Origin: Candidatus Woesearchaeota archaeon
GTDB lineage: Archaea; Nanobdellota; Nanobdellia; Woesearchaeales; GW2011-AR9
NCBI GenBank assembly: GCA_018655525.1
Contig: JABIJM010000030.1
Coordinates: 28,083-92,082, forward strand
Direction of reading: 5' to 3'
DNA length: 64,000 nt
Shown here one piece after another: positions 30,977 to 40,358 of the stretch. Positions within the stretch are counted from its first letter, which is position 1. Each line of letters begins with the position of its first letter. Below the pieces are notes generated by a model, which ran no database searches, was not told the DNA's origin, and worked only from the letters and a program-made list of their open reading frames with translations. Position numbers and translations under genes: made by a program.

Positions 30977-31447
30977 ATGATGAAAAGGTTAAATTTTCTC
31001 AACACAAGAGAAGTCAAAAAAATACGAGAACAAGTAATCGTAGATTTTGGATTCTTTCCAAAAGGCGATTATGCATTTCTTAAAAGCGATAAAGATCGTT
31101 TGTTTATTGTAAATAAAGATGTTGCAAAGCTTGAACTCAAAAACTTACGCATTGATAGAATGGGATTATATTTAGGCGAAGTAAAGCCTAACCAAATCCG
31201 TTTAAGTAAAGAAGGAGCCCAATTAATTGTAAGGTTAGGAGGGAATAAAGTAACAAATATTGTAGAAATTAATGAAGAAGAAGTAAAAGAATATTTTCAA
31301 GGAAACGATTTAATTAAAGATTTAGGAGAGAAAAACCGATTAATTATTCTTAAACATAAAAAAGAGATCTTAGGATGTGCATCATATAAAGAAGGAAAAA
31401 TATTAAATTTTCTACCTAAAATACATAGAGGCACAGTTATTGTCTAG
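30977..31447 (+). CDS. NIP7/RsmF-C-like pre-PUA domain protein
   Basis: RMGLYLGE, RLSKEGAQL, LNFLPK. Confidence 0.7.
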   Translation: MMKRLNFLNTREVKKIREQVIVDFGFFPKGDYAFLKSDKDRLFIVNKDVAKLELKNLRIDRMGLYLGEVKPNQIRLSKEGAQLIVRLGGNKVTNIVEINEEEVKEYFQGNDLIKDLGEKNRLIILKHKKEILGCASYKEGKILNFLPKIHRGTVIV

Positions 31448-31727
31448 TAACTTCCTTATAAATACGATCAAGTAATCCAGAATTAAGACGACTAATTTCA
31501 GATGAAGAAGTAATACCAGTACTTTGATTATTATATAAAGAAGTTAAAGCACCTAAAAGATCCGATTTCTTCACATGATCCCCATCACATAATGAATGAT
31601 GAGGTTTAGTACCATCACGAGCCCACATTAATCCATTAGTGGTCCTTGAAATTTGAAATCCGCTATTTACTTTTCCTCGAGGACCATAAATGTTCACAGT
31701 TCCATCATATAAATCTCTTGTTGTCAT
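31437..31727 (-). CDS. hypothetical protein
   Basis: 96-aa ORF with upstream GGAG. Confidence 0.45.
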   Translation of the reverse strand: MTTRDLYDGTVNIYGPRGKVNSGFQISRTTNGLMWARDGTKPHHSLCDGDHVKKSDLLGALTSLYNNQSTGITSSSEISRLNSGLLDRIYKEVTRQ

Positions 31728-31883
31728 GATTCTCCAAAAACATATGTTTTATATAAATCTTATCTCTTTTCGCCTTTGTTACTGGAGAGTAGCACAAACA
31801 ACGAAACATTTATATAGAATCCAACATAATTATTGTAAAATGACGTTCCTACATGGAAGTCAATCACTTAGGGGAAAATAAAA

Positions 31884-33524
31884 ATGAATATTAAAAAAAC
31901 TGTAGCAATAACATTGTTAGTATTGTTTGTACTGAGTATTGTAGGACAAAGCGTATTAGCAGAACCATTTAATCCTAATTTTAATTACGGAGATTATGAA
32001 TTTGAGTTTAAACAAGATTTTTACGATAATGAAATGTTTAATCCAATTGATGCACCTTTCAATAAACTTCCAGCTGAATTTAATACAGCACCAAAATTCA
32101 GTGTAGGTCAAAAATACTTTAATGCGAAAGAAGGAGAAATCTTTACATTCAATATGATTGCAGATGATAAAGAAACAAGTAACTTAAAATTTAGCTTTAA
32201 AGAAAATTTAGACAAAGCATACATTTCCTCAAATGGAAAAGCAGCAAAATTCACATGGACTATTCCTTATACCGCAGTAGAAGGAGATTCAAAATTTCAA
32301 GAAATAAACTTTGTAGTAAGTGATGGACAATCTTTAGATAATATGAAGATTGTTGTAAATATTGAAAATGTGAACAAATTACCTTATATTCAAACATTAA
32401 ATACCTTAACATTTACAGAAAATGAAGTAAATACACATTACATTTATGCATATGATTTAGATGTAATTGATACTGCAAAATTAACTGTAGATGAATCAAC
32501 ATTACCTCAAGGAGCTAAATTTTTACCGAACTCACAAAGTTCAGGAAACATCTTTTGGCAACCAACCTTTGAACAAGGTAACAAAGATTACAAAGTAATA
32601 TTTACAGCAGATGATGGTAAAGGAAAAACCAACAGAGTTGTAACATTCAAAGTTGTTGATAAAAACCAAGCACCAGTAATCACAATTGCAGATCAAACTG
32701 TTACCGCTGGAGCAACATTAGAATTAGATTTAAAGAGCAAAACTTCAGATGCTGATAATGATGCATTAACTATAACTGTTGAAGGAACATTAAAAAACTA
32801 TTTTGATGCAACTTCAGGAAAATTCACATGGAAACCTTCAGTCTTAAACTTAGGTGAACACACATTAACAATTGTTGTTACCGATGGAACAGACGTTGTG
32901 AAGAAAGATGTGAAAATCACAGTTAAAACTTCAGCGGCAAATGGAAATAATAACAACCCAATTCCAGGCGTACCAAAAACAGCTGCTCAGCTAGCATTAG
33001 ATGCAGATTATACAGATTTAAATGTAGATTTCAAAGATTTAGAAAATGACTTTGATGAATACGAAGAAGATTACAATAAAGCAAAGAAAGTAAATAACCT
33101 TAACAATGTTGACAAATATGCTAGTAAACTAGAAAAAGTTGACGACAAGTTAAAGGATCTTCGTAATGAAGTTAAAGATTTCATTGACAAAGCTGAAAAA
33201 ACTGCAGGTAGCAACAAGAATGTTATTGATAACGCTGAAGAATTAAAAAATGATATTGAAGAATTACGTGATGATATTGACGTTGTTTTAGGAAAGAAAA
33301 CCGCAACAACCGTATCTGGAAGCATCTTCAAATCTGGAAGCGTTTCATCTCAAGATTCCAATAAACCTGTTGAAGTAAATATGTTACAGTTCCCTTTAAC
33401 CGGCGGAGCAGTTGCAGACACAACTTCAACTGGCACAGGATTCGGAGAATTAGCATTCTTAATTGGAGGAATTGTAATCTTGTTTACGATTATAATGTTC
33501 CTTTTAGTTGTGTTACTGAAATAA
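31884..33524 (+). CDS. Surface protein with cadherin/Ig-like repeats, coiled-coil stalk and C-terminal TM
   Basis: Signal peptide, WQPTFEQ/DADND repeats similar to 14772-16817, LTGG before anchor. Confidence 0.72.
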   Translation: MNIKKTVAITLLVLFVLSIVGQSVLAEPFNPNFNYGDYEFEFKQDFYDNEMFNPIDAPFNKLPAEFNTAPKFSVGQKYFNAKEGEIFTFNMIADDKETSNLKFSFKENLDKAYISSNGKAAKFTWTIPYTAVEGDSKFQEINFVVSDGQSLDNMKIVVNIENVNKLPYIQTLNTLTFTENEVNTHYIYAYDLDVIDTAKLTVDESTLPQGAKFLPNSQSSGNIFWQPTFEQGNKDYKVIFTADDGKGKTNRVVTFKVVDKNQAPVITIADQTVTAGATLELDLKSKTSDADNDALTITVEGTLKNYFDATSGKFTWKPSVLNLGEHTLTIVVTDGTDVVKKDVKITVKTSAANGNNNNPIPGVPKTAAQLALDADYTDLNVDFKDLENDFDEYEEDYNKAKKVNNLNNVDKYASKLEKVDDKLKDLRNEVKDFIDKAEKTAGSNKNVIDNAEELKNDIEELRDDIDVVLGKKTATTVSGSIFKSGSVSSQDSNKPVEVNMLQFPLTGGAVADTTSTGTGFGELAFLIGGIVILFTIIMFLLVVLLK

Positions 33525-33613
33525 ATTTTTATTTTTTTACTTTTATTTTCTTTATAATTTGTTTATTGATACTTTCTAAAAATTAATTTGAAAAATATAG
33601 AATAAAAAAAGAA

Positions 33614-33844
33614 TTAATTAAGGACGTCTTCAATTGGTTTTTTTCCTTTTAATTTTTTTGTTGTTGATTTCTTTGCTTCTGCTACTAAATCTACACCTAA
33701 ATCTTTCAATTCTTTAATGTGCATTTGCATTAACTGTTCAACAATTTGTAGGATTCGCATAAACTCTTCGCGTTCTTTTGTTAAGGTTGCAAGAGATCCC
33801 TTATGAAAACCAATTCTTTCTGCATTATCTTGTTTTTTTGCCAT
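33614..33844 (-). CDS. small conserved hypothetical protein
   Basis: Probable start MAKKQDNAERIGFHKGSL. Confidence 0.6.
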   Translation of the reverse strand: MAKKQDNAERIGFHKGSLATLTKEREEFMRILQIVEQLMQMHIKELKDLGVDLVAEAKKSTTKKLKGKKPIEDVLN

Positions 33845-33925
33845 ACCACTCAAATGCTTGGTTTCTTTATTAAGTTTTTGGCTAAACCCCGAAAACTTTA
33901 AAACCCTTAAGATAATCATCTTCCT

Positions 33926-34345
33926 ATGGGTGCGTTAAATAAACTAATGTTCTGGAAGAAAGATGATGACTTTGATTTTGATAGTGCATTGAATAAAGAA
34001 ATGACTCCAAGTGACATCCCTCCAATGGATAATCTTGGTTTAGATAGCCAGCCAACAGGCTTAGAAGAAAAATCTCCTTTTGATCATCCTGCACAACCAA
34101 CTGCAACAAGACCTTTTCAACAACAAGCAGCAAGCCCTTATGCTGCTCCTCAACAGCCTCAGCAAGCTTTTCCTTCGCCAGGTCAACCTTTACAAAGACC
34201 GGGATTTCAGCAACCTCCACCGCAAAATAATGATCTCATAAGTAGTAAATTAGATACCATTAAAGCACAATTAAGTTCTATTGAACAGCGTCTTGTAAAC
34301 TTAGAAAGAGCTGCGGGCGTACAGCAACAGAAAAAGTTATGGTAA
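33926..34345 (+). CDS. Pro/Gln-rich protein with C-terminal coiled coil
   Basis: Overlaps lspA start. Confidence 0.6.
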   Translation: MGALNKLMFWKKDDDFDFDSALNKEMTPSDIPPMDNLGLDSQPTGLEEKSPFDHPAQPTATRPFQQQAASPYAAPQQPQQAFPSPGQPLQRPGFQQPPPQNNDLISSKLDTIKAQLSSIEQRLVNLERAAGVQQQKKLW

Positions 34346-34782
34346 ATTATAAAAAATTCTTTTGGAGTATTGTGACTTTAGTTGTAGTTTTAGATCAATT
34401 AACAAAGTATTTGATTTCTACGTTTAAACCAAACCTTGATTTGGTTCTGCTCAAAATCCATTATCTTACAAACACAGGAGCAGGATTCAGTATTCTTACG
34501 GGAAAAACGTGGATTCTAGCGATAATATCATTGATTGTGATTATAGGATTAATCTATTATTACAAAGATATTCCTAAACAAAAGACACCACAATTATTAT
34601 TTGCGTTATTTCTTGGAGGTGCAATTGGAAATTTTATTGATAGGGCACTTAGAAATTATGTCATAGATTTTATTGACTTCGGTTGGTGGCCAGCATTTAA
34701 TATTGCAGATATGGCATTGACAATCTCTGTGGTTGGATTAATTCTATATTACATTATAGAAGAAAAAAGTAACAAAAAATAA
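34339..34782 (+). CDS. lspA: Lipoprotein signal peptidase II
   Basis: LDQLTK, NTGAGFS, GGAIGNFIDR, VIDFID, FNIAD motifs. Confidence 0.93.
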   Translation: MVNYKKFFWSIVTLVVVLDQLTKYLISTFKPNLDLVLLKIHYLTNTGAGFSILTGKTWILAIISLIVIIGLIYYYKDIPKQKTPQLLFALFLGGAIGNFIDRALRNYVIDFIDFGWWPAFNIADMALTISVVGLILYYIIEEKSNKK

Positions 34783-34786
34783 AAAA

Positions 34787-35347
34787 TCACTCAACACATT
34801 GATGAGCTTTATATCCTGATTCCCATGCATCTTCTTTCTCTGCAAACCATGTTTGACGATCTTTCTTAATCTTCTTTGCCCATTCACATTTCGGTGCATG
34901 ATAAATATTACTTTTGCTACTTGCAACATATTTGCCTGGAGAATGTTTCGTTAATGCTTTCGTTACAACTGGATCAAAGACCATGCTGTGAGGTTCTTCT
35001 TGTTTAGGTGTTAGTTTTTTAGATTCTTTTTTCCGTGGAAAAGATAACAAGAATCCAATTACTGAAAGTAAACCTAATGTTGCATAAAGTGTACCATTAA
35101 ATGTCCAAAGTAATACGAGATTTCCCAAATATGCTAAGAATACAAAGAAAAATAAATTTTCTCCCCATCCATCTTTGTATGCAATAAATCCAAGAAGTAC
35201 TAAAAAACCTAACCCTAAGAATCCAATTAATTCTAACGTAAAGAATAAACCACTTCCATTTACAAATAACTGCACAAATGCTAAAAATAATACTAAAATT
35301 AACACTCCATAAATAAATAATTTAAATGAACTTTTTTCGTTTGCCAT
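34787..35347 (-). CDS. Membrane protein with C-terminal Ada-like metal-binding domain
   Basis: YVASSKSNIYHAPKC...GYKAHQC. Confidence 0.65.
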   Translation of the reverse strand: MANEKSSFKLFIYGVLILVLFLAFVQLFVNGSGLFFTLELIGFLGLGFLVLLGFIAYKDGWGENLFFFVFLAYLGNLVLLWTFNGTLYATLGLLSVIGFLLSFPRKKESKKLTPKQEEPHSMVFDPVVTKALTKHSPGKYVASSKSNIYHAPKCEWAKKIKKDRQTWFAEKEDAWESGYKAHQCVE

Positions 35348-35414
35348 ATAAAAATAAGCGAAAATTGATATTTAAGCATTTATATGCTAAGTTATTTATA
35401 ATTTAATGTAACTA

Positions 35415-35732
35415 TTAGAATTCGTCTTCAAGATTTTTCAAGAAACCCTTACGTTTTAAGAATGCAACTTCTGCTTTACTTCTATATTTATAGACAACAT
35501 CTCCTTTCGCATCGCCACCAAGTTCCCAAGGTTCAATGATTACAATATTTTTCTCACGGACCCATAAAGCTCTCCGTAATCTTCCTGGAATTCTACAAAT
35601 ACGTTCTTTTCCATCAAGACATTGCACACGCATTCTACTTCCACCTAAACGTTGTTGTACAACTCCTAGAATTTCTTTTCCTTTTGGAATCCGTACCCTT
35701 ACTACTTGTGGTTCTTCTGGTTGATGTGCCAT
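35415..35732 (-). CDS. eif1a: Translation initiation factor aIF1A
   Basis: RLGGSRMRVQCLDGKERICRIPG. Confidence 0.95.
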   Translation of the reverse strand: MAHQPEEPQVVRVRIPKGKEILGVVQQRLGGSRMRVQCLDGKERICRIPGRLRRALWVREKNIVIIEPWELGGDAKGDVVYKYRSKAEVAFLKRKGFLKNLEDEF

Positions 35733-35778
35733 TTACTATTATATTATAGTAGTTCGTTTATAAAGTTATGGGGAAGAA

Positions 35779-35900
35779 TGGCTACGTTCGGAATAGAGTG
35801 TTTTTGTATACTGCCTGCAATAGGTGCATTTTTTCTTTCCAAGAAAAAATAGTCGCACCGGCACGCAGTATACCTATTTCCTCTATTCCGAATAAAGCCA
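35779..35900. ncRNA. Rod-like structured element B, flanked by GGAAGAATG direct repeats
   Basis: Stems TGGCT/AGCCA, TTCGGAATAGAG/CTCTATTCCGAA, GTATACTGC/GCAGTATAC, GGTGC/GCACC, ATTTTTTCTT/AAGAAAAAAT. Confidence 0.6.
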
Positions 35901-35978
35901 GGAAGAATGATTATTTCCATAAGAACAATACTAATCAAACAACAAAAGACATTTAAACAACCCACCTCCCAAGAATGT

Positions 35979-36893
35979 ATGGCAAAGAGGTTAGAGTCCC
36001 CATCATCAATTAATACATTCAAGCAATGTAAGAGAAAATATTATTATCAATATATTGAAAAACTTCCAACTTCTTCCTCCATTCATTTAGTACGAGGAAA
36101 CATTGCCCATTCTGTGTTAGAAGATTTCTATGACATCAACATTGCAGATTTTAACGAAGAGAATTATCAACTTAAATTCAAAGAAGCAATTCAAAAATTA
36201 TTATTGTATCAATGGAATAAATATAAATCAGGATTAGATGAGTTAGAATTATCTCCAGACCAAATTACATTCTATTTTGAAGAAACAATGTTTATGCTTA
36301 TGAATTGGTGTAACCAATTTTTGGAAGAATTTGATAGAATGCGTAAAGAAAAAGATATTTCTATGGGAGAAACATTCATGAAACTTACACCAATCAGAGA
36401 ATTGCAATATAAATCTGAAGAACATCACGTACGTGGATTTATAGATGCAATCCAACACACCGAGAATGAAGTCCACATTATAGATTATAAAACAAATGCG
36501 AAATTTGATTTTAAGCAAAGTATTAAGCTCCAACTTGCAATTTATTCAATGATGTATTATGAAAAACATGGAAAAATGCCAAACAAAGTAGGCATATTCT
36601 TTTTACGTCAAAAGTTAAGAATGATGGATGTTGATATGAATCTAATTGAAATGGCAAAGAAAGAGATTACGGAAGTACATGAACACACATCATCCTGTGA
36701 ACATGCACACGAATATCCAAGAACAATTACACCTTTATGTAAATGGAGAACTGGAGAATGTAATTTCTATGCAGTTTGTAAACCCAAAGAAACAAATGAA
36801 GAACAAGAACGTATGATTTTTGAAGAAAAGAATAGAACCTCAGAAAAAATAGAAATTAAAGAAAATAAAAGCAAATTGAGTGCATTCTTCTAA
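35979..36893 (+). CDS. RecB/AddB/Cas4-like PD-(D/E)XK exonuclease
   Basis: SPSSINTFKQC, RGFIDAI, IIDYKT, QLAIY, three C-terminal Cys. Confidence 0.85.
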   Translation: MAKRLESPSSINTFKQCKRKYYYQYIEKLPTSSSIHLVRGNIAHSVLEDFYDINIADFNEENYQLKFKEAIQKLLLYQWNKYKSGLDELELSPDQITFYFEETMFMLMNWCNQFLEEFDRMRKEKDISMGETFMKLTPIRELQYKSEEHHVRGFIDAIQHTENEVHIIDYKTNAKFDFKQSIKLQLAIYSMMYYEKHGKMPNKVGIFFLRQKLRMMDVDMNLIEMAKKEITEVHEHTSSCEHAHEYPRTITPLCKWRTGECNFYAVCKPKETNEEQERMIFEEKNRTSEKIEIKENKSKLSAFF

Positions 36894-37810
36894 GCAAACG
36901 CCCTTATACTCAACCGAATAATCTCATTGTAAATGTCTACATTATCTAAGACCCATGCTTCTACACCTGCTCCTAAAAGCAAAAATAATAATGCAAATAG
37001 CAAGAGATAAAGATTAAATCCAAAGACTTCAAAGAAACGGTCAGATGCAAATTTTTCTAGCACTACATCTTTAGAGATTACACTTCCTGAAATGGCCGCA
37101 AGGAAATAAGACATTCCTTCAATCATCATGTGAGGAAATACTATTAACATGATTAATCCAAATATCACTAAAGGGTTACCTCCAATTACGGAAGCTGCTC
37201 CTTTGGCTGTAATACCAAAGATCGTGCCCCAGACCGAAGCATTCCATGAGATTAAGAATATTGCACCATCTCCCGTAAGTAGAGCCATGATAAAACATGC
37301 CATCAGCACAAGGAAATTATTTTCCAATAAGCCAAAGAATAATCTCCAACTCCATGTAAATTTATCAGCAAAGAAATTTGATTGTAATTCTCCTTCACCT
37401 ATTTGTAGTTCTCCCGTAGGTAAATCTCCATGGAACCTAATCTCTAATTGTTCCCGAAATAAAGAGTTTGTTTGCATTGCTGGCAAAAACATAGCGCCAA
37501 CACTATATACTAAAATCATACCTAAGAAAAGGAATACATAGATACGTACTAATTCTATATCATCCCTCCAAAGAGCTTTCATGGTAATTTTCTGTTCCAT
37601 ACTTTCTTTACGCTCTTCAATTGAAAAAATCTTATACAATTCTGGTAAAAGGAATAATGATGTAAATGCGACTGCAACTAATGCAGGATCTGAAGGAAAT
37701 AACCAGGCTGCAATCAATACTGCAACAACCGAATACATTGCACCAAGTAAAAATGCGTACCTTCCTTTATGTTCTAACCAATCTTCTGGGAATATGTGTT
37801 CTAATACCAT
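36890..37810 (-). CDS. SpoIIM (DUF95)-like membrane protein
   Basis: ENNF, WNASVWG, FPHMMIE motifs. Confidence 0.7.
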   Translation of the reverse strand: MVLEHIFPEDWLEHKGRYAFLLGAMYSVVAVLIAAWLFPSDPALVAVAFTSLFLLPELYKIFSIEERKESMEQKITMKALWRDDIELVRIYVFLFLGMILVYSVGAMFLPAMQTNSLFREQLEIRFHGDLPTGELQIGEGELQSNFFADKFTWSWRLFFGLLENNFLVLMACFIMALLTGDGAIFLISWNASVWGTIFGITAKGAASVIGGNPLVIFGLIMLIVFPHMMIEGMSYFLAAISGSVISKDVVLEKFASDRFFEVFGFNLYLLLFALLFLLLGAGVEAWVLDNVDIYNEIIRLSIRAFA

Positions 37811-37811
37811 T

Positions 37812-38681
37812 TTAGAAGCCACCTCCAATACTTAACGCTTCTTTTAACCCTTCAGCAAACACAGAAACATTTGCTGAGAACCATGATTCAACACCTACAC
37901 CGATGAGTAGAATAACTAATCCTACCAATAAAAGGTAAAGGTTAAAACCAAAAACTTCAAAGAAACGATGAGAAGCAAATTGTTCTAATAACACATCTTT
38001 TGAGATTATGCTTCCCGCAATAGCTGCGCAAGCATATGATGCTACTGTGATTAACGATATTAGTAAAACACTTCCTATGAAAATTAAAGAGTTTACTATT
38101 GTTGCTGTGTCTCCTGTGAATAATCCTAACCAGAAATGTGATCCGAATAATAAAAGTGTTCCAAATACGGAAGCTTTCCATGTTATTAAGAAAACTGCCC
38201 CATCACCAGTTAATAATGCGATTAAAAAGATTGCAAGAAGGAAGAATAAGTTCTTTTTTAGGAGCAATAAAAAGCCGCCAGTAGAAATTGCCTGAATTTG
38301 TGTATTGAATAACATGTTACTCATGTGAGGGATAATTTTTGGAAGAAGTAATGGAACTAATGCATATGCGACAACAATAGAGACAAATAACGTTAAATAA
38401 ATTTTAACCATACCCATATCGTCTTTCCAAATTTCTAATAATGTGATTTTTTGTTCTAAACTCTCTTTACGTTCTTCAATTGAAAATATTTTGTAAAGTT
38501 CTGGTAAAATAAGTAATGCTGTAAATGCAACCGCAACAAGCATTGGATCTGTAGGGAATAATGCACCTGCAATCGCAAGCCCAATTGTGGAATAGATAAA
38601 ACCTAATAAGAATACAAATAGAATGGACATGAAACCTTTTCTTTCTAACCAATCTTCTGGAAATATGTGTTCTAAAACCAT
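37812..38681 (-). CDS. SpoIIM-like membrane protein, tandem paralog
   Basis: Same MVLEHIFPEDWLE N-terminus as the neighbour; PH..E motif lost. Confidence 0.7.
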   Translation of the reverse strand: MVLEHIFPEDWLERKGFMSILFVFLLGFIYSTIGLAIAGALFPTDPMLVAVAFTALLILPELYKIFSIEERKESLEQKITLLEIWKDDMGMVKIYLTLFVSIVVAYALVPLLLPKIIPHMSNMLFNTQIQAISTGGFLLLLKKNLFFLLAIFLIALLTGDGAVFLITWKASVFGTLLLFGSHFWLGLFTGDTATIVNSLIFIGSVLLISLITVASYACAAIAGSIISKDVLLEQFASHRFFEVFGFNLYLLLVGLVILLIGVGVESWFSANVSVFAEGLKEALSIGGGF

Positions 38682-38819
38682 TTAACAACCTCTTTTAGAA
38701 TCTTATAAAACATTTTGAGTTTATATATGTTTCTTAGAATGAGTGCAGTTAACACAGAGTATTAGGTTTCTTGAATTTACAACCACAACTTATTTAAAGC
38801 CTCTAAATCTTAAATTTTT

Positions 38820-39677
38820 ATGTTTAAATCTCAGATAAAAACAGTACTATTATTAGGAGGATTAACAGGTCTCCTTCTAGGAATTGGACAAATTCTTGGT
38901 GGAAGACAAGGATTAATTATAGGGTTATTATTTGCTGGAGGAATAAATTTTTTCTCGTATTGGTTCTCAGATAAAATTGTGTTGAAAATGTACAAAGCAA
39001 AAGAAGCTGATCAATCTCAACATTCTGATTTATACCAAATGGTAAGGGAAATTACTTCACATGCAAAACTTCCAATGCCTAAAATTTATGTGATTGAAAC
39101 ACAACAAGCAAACGCATTTGCAACTGGACGTAATCCAAAACATGCAGCAGTTGCTGTCACAACAGGTATCACACAATTATTAACAAAAAGCGAACTTAAA
39201 GGCGTTCTTGCACATGAAATAGCACACGTAAAAAATAGAGACATCTTAATTTCATCCGTAGCAGCAACAGTTGCAGGAGTTATTTCATATCTTGCGATGA
39301 TAGCACGATGGGGTGCAATCTTCGGAGGATTCGGTGGAAGAGATAATGATAACGGGGGCATTGTAGAATTATTAGTATTAGCAATTGTTGCGCCCATCAT
39401 GGCATTAATAATCCAAATGGCAATTTCTAGAAGTAGAGAATTCTTAGCAGATGAAACAGGTGCAAAATTAATCAGAGACCCTTATTCACTTGCATCAGCT
39501 TTGGAAAAAATAGAAGCAAACGTTAACCATTTCCCTCTTAAAAAAATGGGATCAACAGAAGCAACTGCTCACATGTTTATCCACCATCCATTTAGAGGAA
39601 AAAGTATGTTCAAGATGTTTTCTACACATCCCTCTACAAAAGAAAGAACAAAAAAATTACGTGCAATGAAACTTTAA
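38820..39677 (+). CDS. htpX: Zinc metalloprotease HtpX
   Basis: NAFATGR, HEIAH, SREFLAD, STHP. Confidence 0.95.
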   Translation: MFKSQIKTVLLLGGLTGLLLGIGQILGGRQGLIIGLLFAGGINFFSYWFSDKIVLKMYKAKEADQSQHSDLYQMVREITSHAKLPMPKIYVIETQQANAFATGRNPKHAAVAVTTGITQLLTKSELKGVLAHEIAHVKNRDILISSVAATVAGVISYLAMIARWGAIFGGFGGRDNDNGGIVELLVLAIVAPIMALIIQMAISRSREFLADETGAKLIRDPYSLASALEKIEANVNHFPLKKMGSTEATAHMFIHHPFRGKSMFKMFSTHPSTKERTKKLRAMKL

Positions 39678-39901
39678 GATTTTAATTCTTGAACCTTTGC
39701 AGTGACATTGTCAGCAAGCGTATTCTTCCTTACTGCAATTTGATTATTTGCAGTTGCTACAACATCACCTGGAGCAGCTCCTTGAGGGTTCTTTTTTGAA
39801 GCTTCAAGGCTACTTATATCATTTTGTGCAGCTTGAAATAACGCTAAAATTTCAGCACGTACTGACCTTAATTGTGAATCTTGTTTACTAAACCATCCCA
39901 T
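39674..39901 (-). CDS. small hypothetical protein
   Basis: 75-aa ORF with upstream GAGGT. Confidence 0.5.
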   Translation of the reverse strand: MGWFSKQDSQLRSVRAEILALFQAAQNDISSLEASKKNPQGAAPGDVVATANNQIAVRKNTLADNVTAKVQELKS

Positions 39902-40007
39902 TTTATATTACCTCATTTAAGTTTTTTATATATCAACATTTCCACCTTTATTAAGATTGTGCCTATTGAACGCAAGTTTTATCAACTAGAATTTAATCAA
40001 AAGAGAT

Positions 40008-40358
40008 ATGATCACAATATACTACAACTCAAAATGTAGCAAATGTAGACAAACGCTTGCATTATTACAAGAAAAAACAGATGAAGAGATTAATATCATT
40101 GAATATCTAAAAACGCCACCTTCAATTGAAGAACTTCAACAAATCCTACAAAAATTAAATCTAAATCCTCAAGAGATCATCAGAAAAGGTGAAGAAGAAT
40201 TTCAAGAATTTAAGGGAAAAGAATTCTCAGATAAAGAATGGATCCAGATATTACACGATCACCCAAAATTAATTCAACGACCAATTGTAATTATAAATGA
40301 GAAAGCAGTTATTGCACGACCACCAGAAAATGTGTTAAAAATATTACAACTCCCGTAA
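40008..40358 (+). CDS. arsC: ArsC/Spx family protein (arsenate reductase)
   Basis: CSKCR, YLKTPP, LIQRPIV. Confidence 0.8.
   Translation: MITIYYNSKCSKCRQTLALLQEKTDEEINIIEYLKTPPSIEELQQILQKLNLNPQEIIRKGEEEFQEFKGKEFSDKEWIQILHDHPKLIQRPIVIINEKAVIARPPENVLKILQLP

Noticed and set aside
31768..31807. Imperfect hairpin TTTCG..TTTGT-TACT-GGAG-AGTA..ACAAA..CGAAA
   Set aside because: Short, overlaps the BRE/TATA, no flanking repeats; may be chance
35744..36022. Short ORFs at 35744-36022 (-) and 35768-35956 (+)
   Set aside because: They span palindromic element B and promoters; no protein-like features
35979..36893. Cas4 / CRISPR-Cas system
   Set aside because: Solo RecB-like nuclease; no cas1/cas2 and no repeat-spacer array in the window
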